In this document: positions 26,900 through 34,962 of the stretch, piece by piece
Position numbering within the stretch: the stretch's first letter is position 1
Layout: each line of letters begins with the position of its first letter
NCBI GenBank assembly: GCA_021162805.1
Contig: JAGGXZ010000003.1
Location: 8,372 to 72,371 of the forward strand
Length of the DNA stretch: 64,000 nucleotides
Direction: 5' to 3'
DNA from: Candidatus Poribacteria bacterium
GTDB lineage: Bacteria > Poribacteria > WGA-4E > B28-G17
Notes under the pieces: generated by a model
The model's database searches: none
What the model was told of the DNA's origin: nothing
The model's input: only the letters and a program-made list of their open reading frames with translations
Translations under genes and position numbers: made by a program

Positions 26900-27965
26900 C
26901 TTCATATTCATCGATAGGTTTAAACGGGAGGAGATAGAGGGGCTCTTCGAGCTAACCGATGATATCAAAAGCAGACCAGATCTATTCGCGTCGAAATGCA
27001 GGGGGAAGATACTGGCGACCCTGTTTTATGAGCCGAGCACCAGGACGAGGCTTTCGTTCGAAAGCGCCATGTTGAGGCTCGGCGGATCGGTTCTGGGCTT
27101 CGCTGACGCCAAGGTCTCATCCGCCGCTAAGGGCGAGACGATAGCCGACACCGCCAGGATGGTCTCCAACTACGCCGATCTGATCGTCATCCGCCATCCC
27201 CTGGCAGGTGCCGCACAGGTGATGGCCGATTACTCGGAGGTGCCGGTCATAAACGGCGGGGATGATAGCAATCAACATCCCACCCAGACGCTCCTCGATC
27301 TTTACACCATCTCCAGATGTAAGGGGAGGATCGAGGGGCTTAACGTCGGAATATGTGGCGATCTGAGGTATGGACGGGCACCACATTCCCTCGCTCTCGG
27401 CCTAGCCATGTTCGGAGGGAAGATCATCAATATCGCCCCTCAAGGGCTGGAGATGCCCCGTCATGTCATCGAGAGACTCCGCATCCTCTACGGAGCTGAG
27501 GTCGAAACCGTCCGCGATCTTAAGGGGGTGATCTCCGATCTGGATGTGCTTTATGTGAACAGGCTTCAGAAGGAGCGACTGCCAGAAGACGTGGATTATG
27601 AGGCGATCAAGGACAGCTACGTCATCACGCCCGACTCGATCCGTAGCTCGAAGCCCGACATGATCATCATGCATCCCCTTCCCCGCGTGAATGAGCTATC
27701 GTATGAGCTGGACGATGACGGCAGGGCGATGTATTTCGAGCAATCCCGAAACGGGCTTTTCGTCCGCATGGCGCTGATCTTGGCCCTGACAGGAAATACC
27801 CACTTGGAGCTCAACCCCGTCGAGAGGGAGAGGATAGAGTTGGAGGTTAAGTGCGGCAATCCCAGATGTGTGATCGATCACGAACCCTACCTCCGTCCCG
27901 TCTATGAGGCCCTATCCTCGGAGGGCGAGGAGAAGTTCTGCGTATACTGCGGATATAGGCTTTAA
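26892..27965 (+). CDS. pyrB: aspartate carbamoyltransferase catalytic chain with a C-terminal PyrI-type zinc-ribbon extension
   Basis: 'FYEPSTRTRLSFE', 'HPTQTLLDLYTI', 'HPLPR', 'NGLFVRMALI'. An extra roughly 55 aa reads 'VKCGNPRCVIDHEP...FCVYCGYRL' (C-x4-C...C-x2-C). Confidence 0.9.
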   Translation: MSDFIFIDRFKREEIEGLFELTDDIKSRPDLFASKCRGKILATLFYEPSTRTRLSFESAMLRLGGSVLGFADAKVSSAAKGETIADTARMVSNYADLIVIRHPLAGAAQVMADYSEVPVINGGDDSNQHPTQTLLDLYTISRCKGRIEGLNVGICGDLRYGRAPHSLALGLAMFGGKIINIAPQGLEMPRHVIERLRILYGAEVETVRDLKGVISDLDVLYVNRLQKERLPEDVDYEAIKDSYVITPDSIRSSKPDMIIMHPLPRVNELSYELDDDGRAMYFEQSRNGLFVRMALILALTGNTHLELNPVERERIELEVKCGNPRCVIDHEPYLRPVYEALSSEGEEKFCVYCGYRL

Positions 27966-28205
27966 CCCCGTTCCTTCCGATCCCTTTTCGTCCGCCTTTG
28001 CCTCCTCGACCCAATCGGGTGTGAAGTTCGGATCCTCAACCAATCTCAGGAGCATCGGATCTTTGACAAAGGGAACCCTTCCGTCCCATCCCTCATGCCG
28101 CGTTACCTTCCAAACCTCAGGGCAGGCTGGTTGCTCTGAAACATCTGAAAAGGCCATGAAGGCGAAGATCATCAACTCGATCATCTCGAGCCCCTCAAAG
28201 GCCAT
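27912..28205 (-). CDS. hypothetical small protein (uncertain)
   Basis: 97-aa ORF that starts 11 nt inside the uvrB 3' end (AAGGGGAG before the ATG). Its last 18 codons overlap the convergent pyrB 3' end. The central part '[37 protein letters not shown]' looks protein-like. Confidence 0.3.
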   Translation of the reverse strand: MAFEGLEMIELMIFAFMAFSDVSEQPACPEVWKVTRHEGWDGRVPFVKDPMLLRLVEDPNFTPDWVEEAKADEKGSEGTGLKPISAVYAELLLALRG

Positions 28206-30216
28206 ATCTCCCCTTGAGCTCCTTTATCTGATCTCTGATAACAGCGGCCTTTTCGAACTCCAACCTCTCCGCTGCCTCTCTCATCTCCCTTTCCAACTCC
28301 TCTATCGTCCGCTTCACCTCTTCAGGATCCATCTCCTCCAGGGGAGCATATAGCTCCTCGTCGGGTTTCTCCCTGAGCACCTCCGAGATAACCTTTGGCT
28401 CGGCCCTGCTTACCTCCTTCTCCCTCTCGATATCTATCAGATCCCTTATCGCCTTTTCGATCGTGGCAGGAGTTATACCGTGTTTTTCGTTATACTCGAG
28501 CTGGATCCTGCGTCTCCTCTCGGTCTCATCTATGGCCTTTTTCATGGCGTCGGTGATCCGATCGGCGTAGAGGATGACCTCGCCGTCGACATTTCTGGCC
28601 GCCCGTCCAGCCGTTTGAATGAGCGACGTTTCCGATCGGAGGAAGCCCTGTTTATCGGCATCGAGGATCGCCACAAGAGAGACCTCAGGCAAATCTAGTC
28701 CTTCCCTCAGCAGGTTAACCCCGACGAGCACGTCGAACTTCCCCTCTCGCAGCTCTCTGAGTATGTCGGCCCGTTCCAGCGTGTGTATCTCGGAATGCAG
28801 ATACTTGGCCCTTATTCCCATCTCGGCCAGATATTCCGTCAGATCCTCGGCCATCCGTTTGGTGAGGGTGGTCACGAGCACCCGCTGTCCCTTGGTTACC
28901 CGCTCGCTGATCTTGCCTATCAGGTGATCGATCTGGCCCTCCACGGGATGGACGGAGATCTTCGGGTCGACCAGACCTGTGGGTCTGATGATCTGCTCGA
29001 CCACCTGCTCGCTGCGTTCGAGTTCGAACCTGCCAGGGGTCGCTGAGACGAAGATCGCCTGGTTGATCAGCTCCTCGAACTCCTCGAACTTCAGAGGGCG
29101 GTTGTCCAACGCTGAAGGCAACCTGAAGCCATATTCGATCAGGGTCTCCTTACGGGTTCTATCTCCGTAATACATCCCACGAAGCTGAGGTATGGTCACG
29201 TGTGATTCATCTATGAAGACCAGAAAATCGTCGGGGAAATAGTTTATGAGGCAGTAGGGAGGTTCGTCCGGCCTCCTTCCGGAGAAATGTCTGGAGTAGT
29301 TCTCTATCCCTCTGCAGTAGCCCGTATGTCTGAGCATCTCCAGATCGAACCTCGTTCGCTGTTCGATCCTCTGTGCCTCGAGCAGCTTCCCTCGTGAGAG
29401 AAAATACTCTATCCGCTCCTGAAGCTCGGCCTCGATGTCCAAAAGCGCCTGTTCGAACCGTTTGGGGCTGGTCATGAAATGCCTTGCGGGGAAGATATCC
29501 ACTGAGTCGAGCTCCTCCAGAACCTCCCCCGTCAGCGGATCTATCATGGTTATCCTCTCCACCTCGTTGTCGAAGAGCTCCACCCTGTATGCGACATCCT
29601 CGTATGCCGGATATATATCTATCACATCGCCTCTCGCCCTGAAGGTTCCCCGTTGAAGGACCATATCGTTTCGCTCGTATCTTATGTTGACCAATCCTCG
29701 CATTATCTCCCTGCGCGAGACCAGATCGCCTTTCCTGATGGATACCCGCTGTTGGAAATACTCATCGGGCGATCCGATTCCGTAGATGCACGAGACGCTG
29801 GCGACGACGATCACGTCCTTTCTGGAAAGCACGGCGGAGGTGGCGGCCAGGCGGAGCTTATCTATCTCCTCGTTTATCCTAGCGTCCTTCTCTATGTAGG
29901 TGTCCGTCTGAGGGATATAAGCCTCGGGCTGGTAGTAATCATAATAGCTGACAAAATACCGGACGGCGTTTTTCGGGAAGAAGGTCCTGAACTCGCTGTA
30001 AAGCTGAGCGGCAAGGGTCTTGTTGTGTGAGATGACGAGCGTCGGACGTTGGACGTTCTGAATGATATGGGCCATCGTGAAGGTCTTGCCTGACCCCGTC
30101 ACGCCCAGCAGAGTCTGATATCTATATCCCTTAAGCAGGCCCTCGGTCAGCCTTTCTATCGCCTGAGGTTGATCCCCCTTAGGTTCGAAATCGGACACGA
30201 GTTCGAATTTCGGCAT
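28195..30216 (-). CDS. uvrB: excinuclease ABC subunit B
   Basis: 673 aa with '[12 protein letters not shown]', 'DYYQPEAY' and 'DESHVT', plus a C-terminal UVR domain '[15 protein letters not shown]'. Confidence 0.95.
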   Translation of the reverse strand: MPKFELVSDFEPKGDQPQAIERLTEGLLKGYRYQTLLGVTGSGKTFTMAHIIQNVQRPTLVISHNKTLAAQLYSEFRTFFPKNAVRYFVSYYDYYQPEAYIPQTDTYIEKDARINEEIDKLRLAATSAVLSRKDVIVVASVSCIYGIGSPDEYFQQRVSIRKGDLVSRREIMRGLVNIRYERNDMVLQRGTFRARGDVIDIYPAYEDVAYRVELFDNEVERITMIDPLTGEVLEELDSVDIFPARHFMTSPKRFEQALLDIEAELQERIEYFLSRGKLLEAQRIEQRTRFDLEMLRHTGYCRGIENYSRHFSGRRPDEPPYCLINYFPDDFLVFIDESHVTIPQLRGMYYGDRTRKETLIEYGFRLPSALDNRPLKFEEFEELINQAIFVSATPGRFELERSEQVVEQIIRPTGLVDPKISVHPVEGQIDHLIGKISERVTKGQRVLVTTLTKRMAEDLTEYLAEMGIRAKYLHSEIHTLERADILRELREGKFDVLVGVNLLREGLDLPEVSLVAILDADKQGFLRSETSLIQTAGRAARNVDGEVILYADRITDAMKKAIDETERRRRIQLEYNEKHGITPATIEKAIRDLIDIEREKEVSRAEPKVISEVLREKPDEELYAPLEEMDPEEVKRTIEELEREMREAAERLEFEKAAVIRDQIKELKGRYGL

Positions 30217-30223
30217 TCGGATC

Positions 30224-31087
30224 TCACCTCCTGCACGAATCTATCCAGGCTTTCAGGGCCTCCTCCCAGAAGGAGATCACACCGTCACGCATAAGGGCGA
30301 CCTTCTCCAAACGCGCTGCCTCTTCCGCTCCCAAAGTTGTTTTTTCTCCCGCGGCCACAGGTATTGCCTGATATCCCGCCTTTCTCAACAGCCTCGCTCT
30401 CCTTGCAGCTCTCTCCACATCCGTGCGATCCACCGTTGCTGAGATCTCCACCGCCAGCCATACCTCCCTATCTTCGGCGTGACGTAACCTGCCCTTTACC
30501 AGGAGGTCAAGGAGCAGCAGGTCGTTAAACTCCCCCGGGCTGAGTTCGGATTCCAATCTGTCCTCGAGGGAATGGGTTTCCACCACCTGAACACGCCTTA
30601 AGAACCTTCCGAAGTAGGCTCCCGCTCGTTTCGCATAAAGCAGCTCCAGCATTTGCCCTATCATCTTTCCAACCCTATCCTCAAGTCTCCCATGTGCCGT
30701 GGCAAGGGTATCCATATGCGTCGTAAGCGTCTCAATCTTCTCTGCGAGCGATTCAAGCCTTTCCTCAGTTCTTCTTTGAGCCTCGGCTAGTTCCTCAACC
30801 CTCCTTTCAAGCGTTTCGAGTCTCTCTGTGAGCGCCCCGATCCTCTCCTCAGTTTTTCTTTGAGCCTCAGCTAGTTCCTCAACCCTCCTTTCGAGGGTTT
30901 CAAGTCTCTCTGTGAGCGTCTCGATCCTCTCCTCGGTTCTCCTCTGCACTTCGACGAGCTCCCTGAAGGCTTCGGGAAGTTTCAAGAGCTCATCTGTAAG
31001 AACGAGCCTTCTGAGCTCCTCCCTCCACTCCGGTTTCTCCTCAAGGAGCTTGATGAGGTCATGAAACTCCTCCACCGTAAATCTCAT
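30224..31087 (-). CDS. coiled-coil repeat + PD-(D/E)xK-like protein (paralog 3)
   Basis: 287 aa with '[10 protein letters not shown](K/R)TEER...[10 protein letters not shown]' repeats, then '[12 protein letters not shown]...[24 protein letters not shown]' (D...E-x-S/K-type core). Its stop lies 7 nt before the uvrB ATG. Confidence 0.8.
   Translation of the reverse strand: MRFTVEEFHDLIKLLEEKPEWREELRRLVLTDELLKLPEAFRELVEVQRRTEERIETLTERLETLERRVEELAEAQRKTEERIGALTERLETLERRVEELAEAQRRTEERLESLAEKIETLTTHMDTLATAHGRLEDRVGKMIGQMLELLYAKRAGAYFGRFLRRVQVVETHSLEDRLESELSPGEFNDLLLLDLLVKGRLRHAEDREVWLAVEISATVDRTDVERAARRARLLRKAGYQAIPVAAGEKTTLGAEEAARLEKVALMRDGVISFWEEALKAWIDSCRR
30763..30930 (-). repeat. in-frame 84-bp (28-aa) tandem duplication inside paralog 3
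   Basis: Units begin at 30763 and 30847 ('cctcagtt(c/t)ttctttgagcctc(g/a)gctagttcctcaaccctcctttc...'), with only a few mismatches. Confidence 0.6.
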
Positions 31088-31131
31088 CTTTATCCCCTTC
31101 CTTGTCTCGCAAGCGTTATTGCTTTTTAATG

Positions 31132-31161
31132 GTTATAGGGTTCGTTGGGTTTACCGGATGA
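31132..31161 (+). repeat. left member of an inverted-repeat pair flanking the GH78 gene; overlaps a 12-bp-stem hairpin
   Basis: GTTATAGGGTTCG-N9-CCGGATGA. Both blocks reappear as reverse complements at 34441-34482. The hairpin stem is 31140-31151 / 31173-31184. Confidence 0.45.
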
Positions 31162-31224
31162 GCCTTCAACGGAACCCAACGAACTCAATGAACCTTGTCC
31201 CTCCGGAACGGGAGAAACCTGAAT

Positions 31225-34200
31225 TCAGCGCAACATGGCGGTGAAGCGATAGCTGCCCGACTCGACCTCATAGACCGCCAGGTTCTCCTCTGACCGCAGG
31301 AGTTTCACCCCATCCGCCTGATCGACCGGCTTGCCGCTTTCCGTTACCGTCGCCGGATCTTCTGTGGGCACATATACCTCGGCGGTAATGTTGGCCGGGA
31401 TCACAACCGACAGGTGCAGTTTGTCCCCCTCAACGTTCCATTCCACGCCTATACGGCCTCGGATGGAGTTGTAGCTCGCTCGAACGAACCTCATATCCCC
31501 TTCAAGGCGAGGTCGGATGATCACCCTCCTGAAGCCGGGTTCCTGTGGCTCTATGCCGGCAACAGCCTCGAAGAGCCACTCCCCCACGCATCCGAAGGCG
31601 TAGTGGTTGAAGGAGTTCATGTCGGGCGTCTGGAAGCCTCTCTCCTCCGTGTATCCGTCCCATCTCTCCCACATCGTCGTAGCGCCCATTCGGATCATAT
31701 AAAGCCAAGAAGGAAAACTCTCCTGAAACAGCAGCCGATAGGCGACGTCCGCTCGGCCGAACTTCGTCAGGGCGAGCATCAGATGCCGCGTGCCGACGAA
31801 TCCGGTCGACAGATGCCACCCTCGCCTCTCGATATCGGCGATTAAATGCTCGAGAGCGAGCGGGCGGAGATCCTCGGGCAGCAGATCCAGATCCAACGCC
31901 AGCGCGTAGACCGTCTGCGTCTCGCCCTTAATTCTACCATCGGGCTGCACGTAGGCTTGGTTGAAGGCCTCTTTGATCTTCGCCAACAGCTCGGCGTATT
32001 GCTTCGAATCATCCTCCCGACCGATCGCCCCCGCCATCTCCGACATCAGCTTGACCACATATGCGAAATACGCCGTCGCGAGCACATCTCTGGGGGTGCT
32101 GGCGCCGGCCGGAACCCAGTCGCCGTAGCCGATCTCCGGCCTCAGATATCCCTGACTGTTTTGAACGAGATAATCCACGTAACGGGCCATCTCCCCGTAA
32201 TACCGCTCGATGGCCCTCATGTCGCCGTAGAACTGATAGAGCGTATGGGGTACAACCACACCTGCATCGCCCCAGGCCGGCGTTCCGAAGCCGGCTCCGG
32301 TCACAGGGGCCACATCCGGATAGGCGCCATCCTCCCTCTGTCCGTCGTTCAGATCTATCAGCCATTTCGTCATGAAGGCCCCCATGTCGGCCAGCCAGCT
32401 CGCAGTACGAACGAATATCTGAGCGTCTCCCGTCCATCCCTGTCTCTCATCCCGCTGGGGACAATCCGTCGGCACCTCCAGATGGTTGCCGCGGAGGCTC
32501 CAACGGATGTTCTCCACCAAACGATTGACCAGGGGATGCGAACACTCAAACTCCCCCGTCATCGGGAAGCCCGAATGCAGCACGATACCCGTCACGGCGT
32601 CCAGCGGAGGTGCTCCGGGATATCCCGTCACCTCCACATATCTGAACCCCCTGAAGGTGAAGCGGGGTTCCCATACCTCCTCATCATCTCCCCTGCAGAT
32701 ATAGGTGTCGATGTCGCGGGCTTTCCGCAGGTTGGTCGTGTAGATCGTTCCGTCGGGGTTGAGCACCTCGGCGAAACGCATGACGATCTTTCTACCCGGC
32801 TCAGCGCCCTTCACCTTCAGCCTCGCCACGCCGACCATGTTCTGCCCCATATCGAATACGAAGGTCCCCGGTCTGATCTCATTGACGGATTGGGCGGGTA
32901 TCTCCATCACCTTGCGGACCGGCTCCCCGGGATGCGCCGTAAGCTTTAAGTTTATATCCTCGCTCAGGACGACCGGCTTCCAATCGGTGTCATCGAATTC
33001 GGGCGTATCCCACCCATCCATCTCCCGCCGTGCGTCGTAGCTCTCGCCCATGTAGAAATCGGCCTCCAGGATCGGCCCGTAAGCGGCTTTCCAGCTTCCA
33101 TCCGTGATGATAATCTCTCTCGTCCCATCATCAAACTCGATTTGCAGTTGTGCCAGCAGGCGCGGCTCACCGCCGAAACGGTTACGCTGTCCCCACCCGC
33201 CGCAGTATCCGGCATACCACTCGTCCGCCAGGATCGCGCCGATGCAGTTTCCGCCCTTTCGTAACATATCGGTGACCTCATAGGCTCGGTAGTAGACCCG
33301 TTTTCGGAAATCGGACCAGCCGGGGATGAAGTAATCGTCGCTGACACGCTGTCCGTTGAGGCGGAGCTCGCAGCTCCCCAGGGCGCTGACGTAGAGCATC
33401 GCCCGTTTGACCGACTTGTCGAGGGTGAAGGTTTTACGCAGAAACGGCGGGGGAGGGACGTGGACGCCGATGCCGCCGGGGATGCACCACGGCGGGGAGC
33501 CGAGGCCGCCGATCTCACGCGCCTCGTCCCAGCCTTCGTCGTCGAAATCGCTCCGATACCATCCCTCTTCCATTTCGGCGGCGGTCTTCCATCCCTTGTC
33601 CGTGGCGACTATCACCGGTTCACCCGTTTCGAACTCGATCACGAGCTTCCCCAGCACGCCTGCCGGGCCGCCCTCGTTGGTGGCTTCAACGGCTAGGAGG
33701 TTTCGACCGCCCTTCAGAGAGCCTGTTATCTCAAGGATTTTCGGGCGCGTCCATGCATCGGGCTGACCATCGCTGCGAGCGATCTCCTCTCCGTTCACAT
33801 AGAGCGTGAACTGGTCGTCGGCGGTCAGGATGATCCGCGCTCTCGATATTTTACGATCGGAGGGCAGTTCGAAGGTGCGACGGAAATATCGCGTCCCGAC
33901 GGGTGCATCGTGGCGTGGATCGCCCTCGGGGAACCAGATCCAGCGGCATCCCTCGAAGGTTAAAAGCCTCTCCTCCCATTCGGCCGGCTCGTCATAGCCG
34001 ATCCATTTAGCCTTCCAATCCTCTTCATCCAGCAGTCCCATCGTCCATCGAGCCGGCTCGCTCCATTCGGACGGGTTGCCGTTTTTATCCCAGACCCGAA
34101 CCTTCCACCAGCACTCCACTTCCGATCCCAGCGGTTTGCCGGCGTAGACGATATGTGTTGTCTCATCCGATTCGACCTTCCCCGTGTCCCACAGATCCCC

Positions 34201-34383
34201 TTTATCCCCGTCCAGCTTTTCCCGGTTGGTGGCGACGAGGATCCTGTAGGCGGTTTGACGTTCTCCCCTGTTGGCCGGGTCGACCGTCTCCAGCGTCCAG
34301 CTGAGTCGGGGAGTGAGAACATCTATGCCTAGCGGATCTATTCGATACTCACATCGCAGTCCCTTCGGCTTCAATCCTCCCAT
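31225..34383 (-). CDS. alpha-L-rhamnosidase (GH78)
   Basis: 'LRCEYRIDPLGIDVLTPRLSW' and 'VPTDCPQRDERQGWTGDAQIF', with a six-hairpin region. I prefer the ATG at 34383 (GAGGAGG RBS) over the track start at 34419. Confidence 0.9.
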   Translation of the reverse strand: MGGLKPKGLRCEYRIDPLGIDVLTPRLSWTLETVDPANRGERQTAYRILVATNREKLDGDKGDLWDTGKVESDETTHIVYAGKPLGSEVECWWKVRVWDKNGNPSEWSEPARWTMGLLDEEDWKAKWIGYDEPAEWEERLLTFEGCRWIWFPEGDPRHDAPVGTRYFRRTFELPSDRKISRARIILTADDQFTLYVNGEEIARSDGQPDAWTRPKILEITGSLKGGRNLLAVEATNEGGPAGVLGKLVIEFETGEPVIVATDKGWKTAAEMEEGWYRSDFDDEGWDEAREIGGLGSPPWCIPGGIGVHVPPPPFLRKTFTLDKSVKRAMLYVSALGSCELRLNGQRVSDDYFIPGWSDFRKRVYYRAYEVTDMLRKGGNCIGAILADEWYAGYCGGWGQRNRFGGEPRLLAQLQIEFDDGTREIIITDGSWKAAYGPILEADFYMGESYDARREMDGWDTPEFDDTDWKPVVLSEDINLKLTAHPGEPVRKVMEIPAQSVNEIRPGTFVFDMGQNMVGVARLKVKGAEPGRKIVMRFAEVLNPDGTIYTTNLRKARDIDTYICRGDDEEVWEPRFTFRGFRYVEVTGYPGAPPLDAVTGIVLHSGFPMTGEFECSHPLVNRLVENIRWSLRGNHLEVPTDCPQRDERQGWTGDAQIFVRTASWLADMGAFMTKWLIDLNDGQREDGAYPDVAPVTGAGFGTPAWGDAGVVVPHTLYQFYGDMRAIERYYGEMARYVDYLVQNSQGYLRPEIGYGDWVPAGASTPRDVLATAYFAYVVKLMSEMAGAIGREDDSKQYAELLAKIKEAFNQAYVQPDGRIKGETQTVYALALDLDLLPEDLRPLALEHLIADIERRGWHLSTGFVGTRHLMLALTKFGRADVAYRLLFQESFPSWLYMIRMGATTMWERWDGYTEERGFQTPDMNSFNHYAFGCVGEWLFEAVAGIEPQEPGFRRVIIRPRLEGDMRFVRASYNSIRGRIGVEWNVEGDKLHLSVVIPANITAEVYVPTEDPATVTESGKPVDQADGVKLLRSEENLAVYEVESGSYRFTAMLR

Positions 34384-34403
34384 CACAGACCTCCTCAATA
34401 TAT

Positions 34404-34483
34404 GGTCATTTGTAGTCAATTAGGTCGTTTGGCTTCGCCGTCATCCGGATTTCCGGGTTCATCGTGTGGCGAACCCTATAACT
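34404..34483 (+). repeat. REP-like dispersed repeat, copy A (GTCATTT modules plus the right member of the GH78-flanking inverted repeat)
   Basis: The 41-nt core 'ggtcatttgtagtcaattaggtcgtttggcttcgccgtcat' aligns with 38118-38158 and 56443-56483. It is followed by TCATCCGG...CGAACCCTATAAC. Confidence 0.7.
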
Positions 34484-34513
34484 CCCCTCCAAGCTGCCTT
34501 TGATAGCCGATTG

Positions 34514-34542
34514 TTGATCGTTTTATCTGCGCTTTTTATAAT
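34514..34542 (+). promoter_or_regulatory. strong-looking orphan promoter TTGATC-N17-TATAAT
   Basis: TTGATC at 34514-34519, exact 17-nt spacer, consensus TATAAT at 34537-34542. It lies about 220 nt upstream of the next annotated start. Confidence 0.4.
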
Positions 34543-34699
34543 ACCAGCGACACGATCCGTAGTCAACAGCGGAGAATCACGGGAATTCGGTTTGCCGAAA
34601 CCCTGACTTCGATAGGAAGATCAATGGCGTCCTCACAGGGGATTGCCCATATGCCGGCAGTAAATCATACTGCTATCAGTTGTAAAACCACCTCCGCTC

Positions 34700-34728
34700 T
34701 TGAAAAAAGGATATCGTTATGATAAAGT
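34700..34728 (+). promoter_or_regulatory. candidate promoter TTGAAA-N17-TAAAGT for the tautomerase/waaA unit
   Basis: TTGAAA at 34700-34705, 17-nt spacer, TAAAGT at 34723-34728. A GGAAGGAGGGGGG RBS precedes the ATG at 34762. Confidence 0.45.
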
Positions 34729-34761
34729 AAATTAAGATGAGGACTGGGAAGGAGGGGGGTT

Positions 34762-34953
34762 ATGCCCTTTGTGATGATCGAAGGTCCTAAAATATCCATC
34801 GATAAGAAGAGGGAGCTTGTGGCGAAGATCGCCGAGGTTGCCAGTTCCGTCTACGGGCTGCCGAAACAGGTTATAACTGTAGTCATACACGAAAACCCGC
34901 CCGAAAACGTCGGCCCCGGCGGCGAACTGCTTATAGATAGAAAAAGGGGATGA
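34762..34953 (+). CDS. 4-oxalocrotonate tautomerase-family protein
   Basis: 63 aa. 'MPFVMIEGPK...' has the catalytic Pro after the initiator Met, followed by the typical beta-alpha-beta pattern. Confidence 0.8.
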   Translation: MPFVMIEGPKISIDKKRELVAKIAEVASSVYGLPKQVITVVIHENPPENVGPGGELLIDRKRG

Positions 34954-34962
34954 TGGAACCCC

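Noticed and set aside
31140-31184. 12-bp-stem hairpin considered as a tRNA fragment or rho-independent terminator
   Set aside because: There is no cloverleaf or T-loop consensus. On the relevant minus strand the stem is not followed by a U-tract. It is better explained as part of the repeat flanking the GH78 gene.
31846-32949. 367-aa plus-strand ORF
   Set aside because: It is antisense to the GH78 rhamnosidase gene and I recognise no motifs. It is a long open antisense frame in a GC-rich gene.
34624-34722. 32-codon ORF in the long GH78 / tautomerase intergenic region
   Set aside because: It has only a weak AGGAAG RBS and I cannot assess conservation. It is mentioned under the orphan-promoter finding instead of being called.
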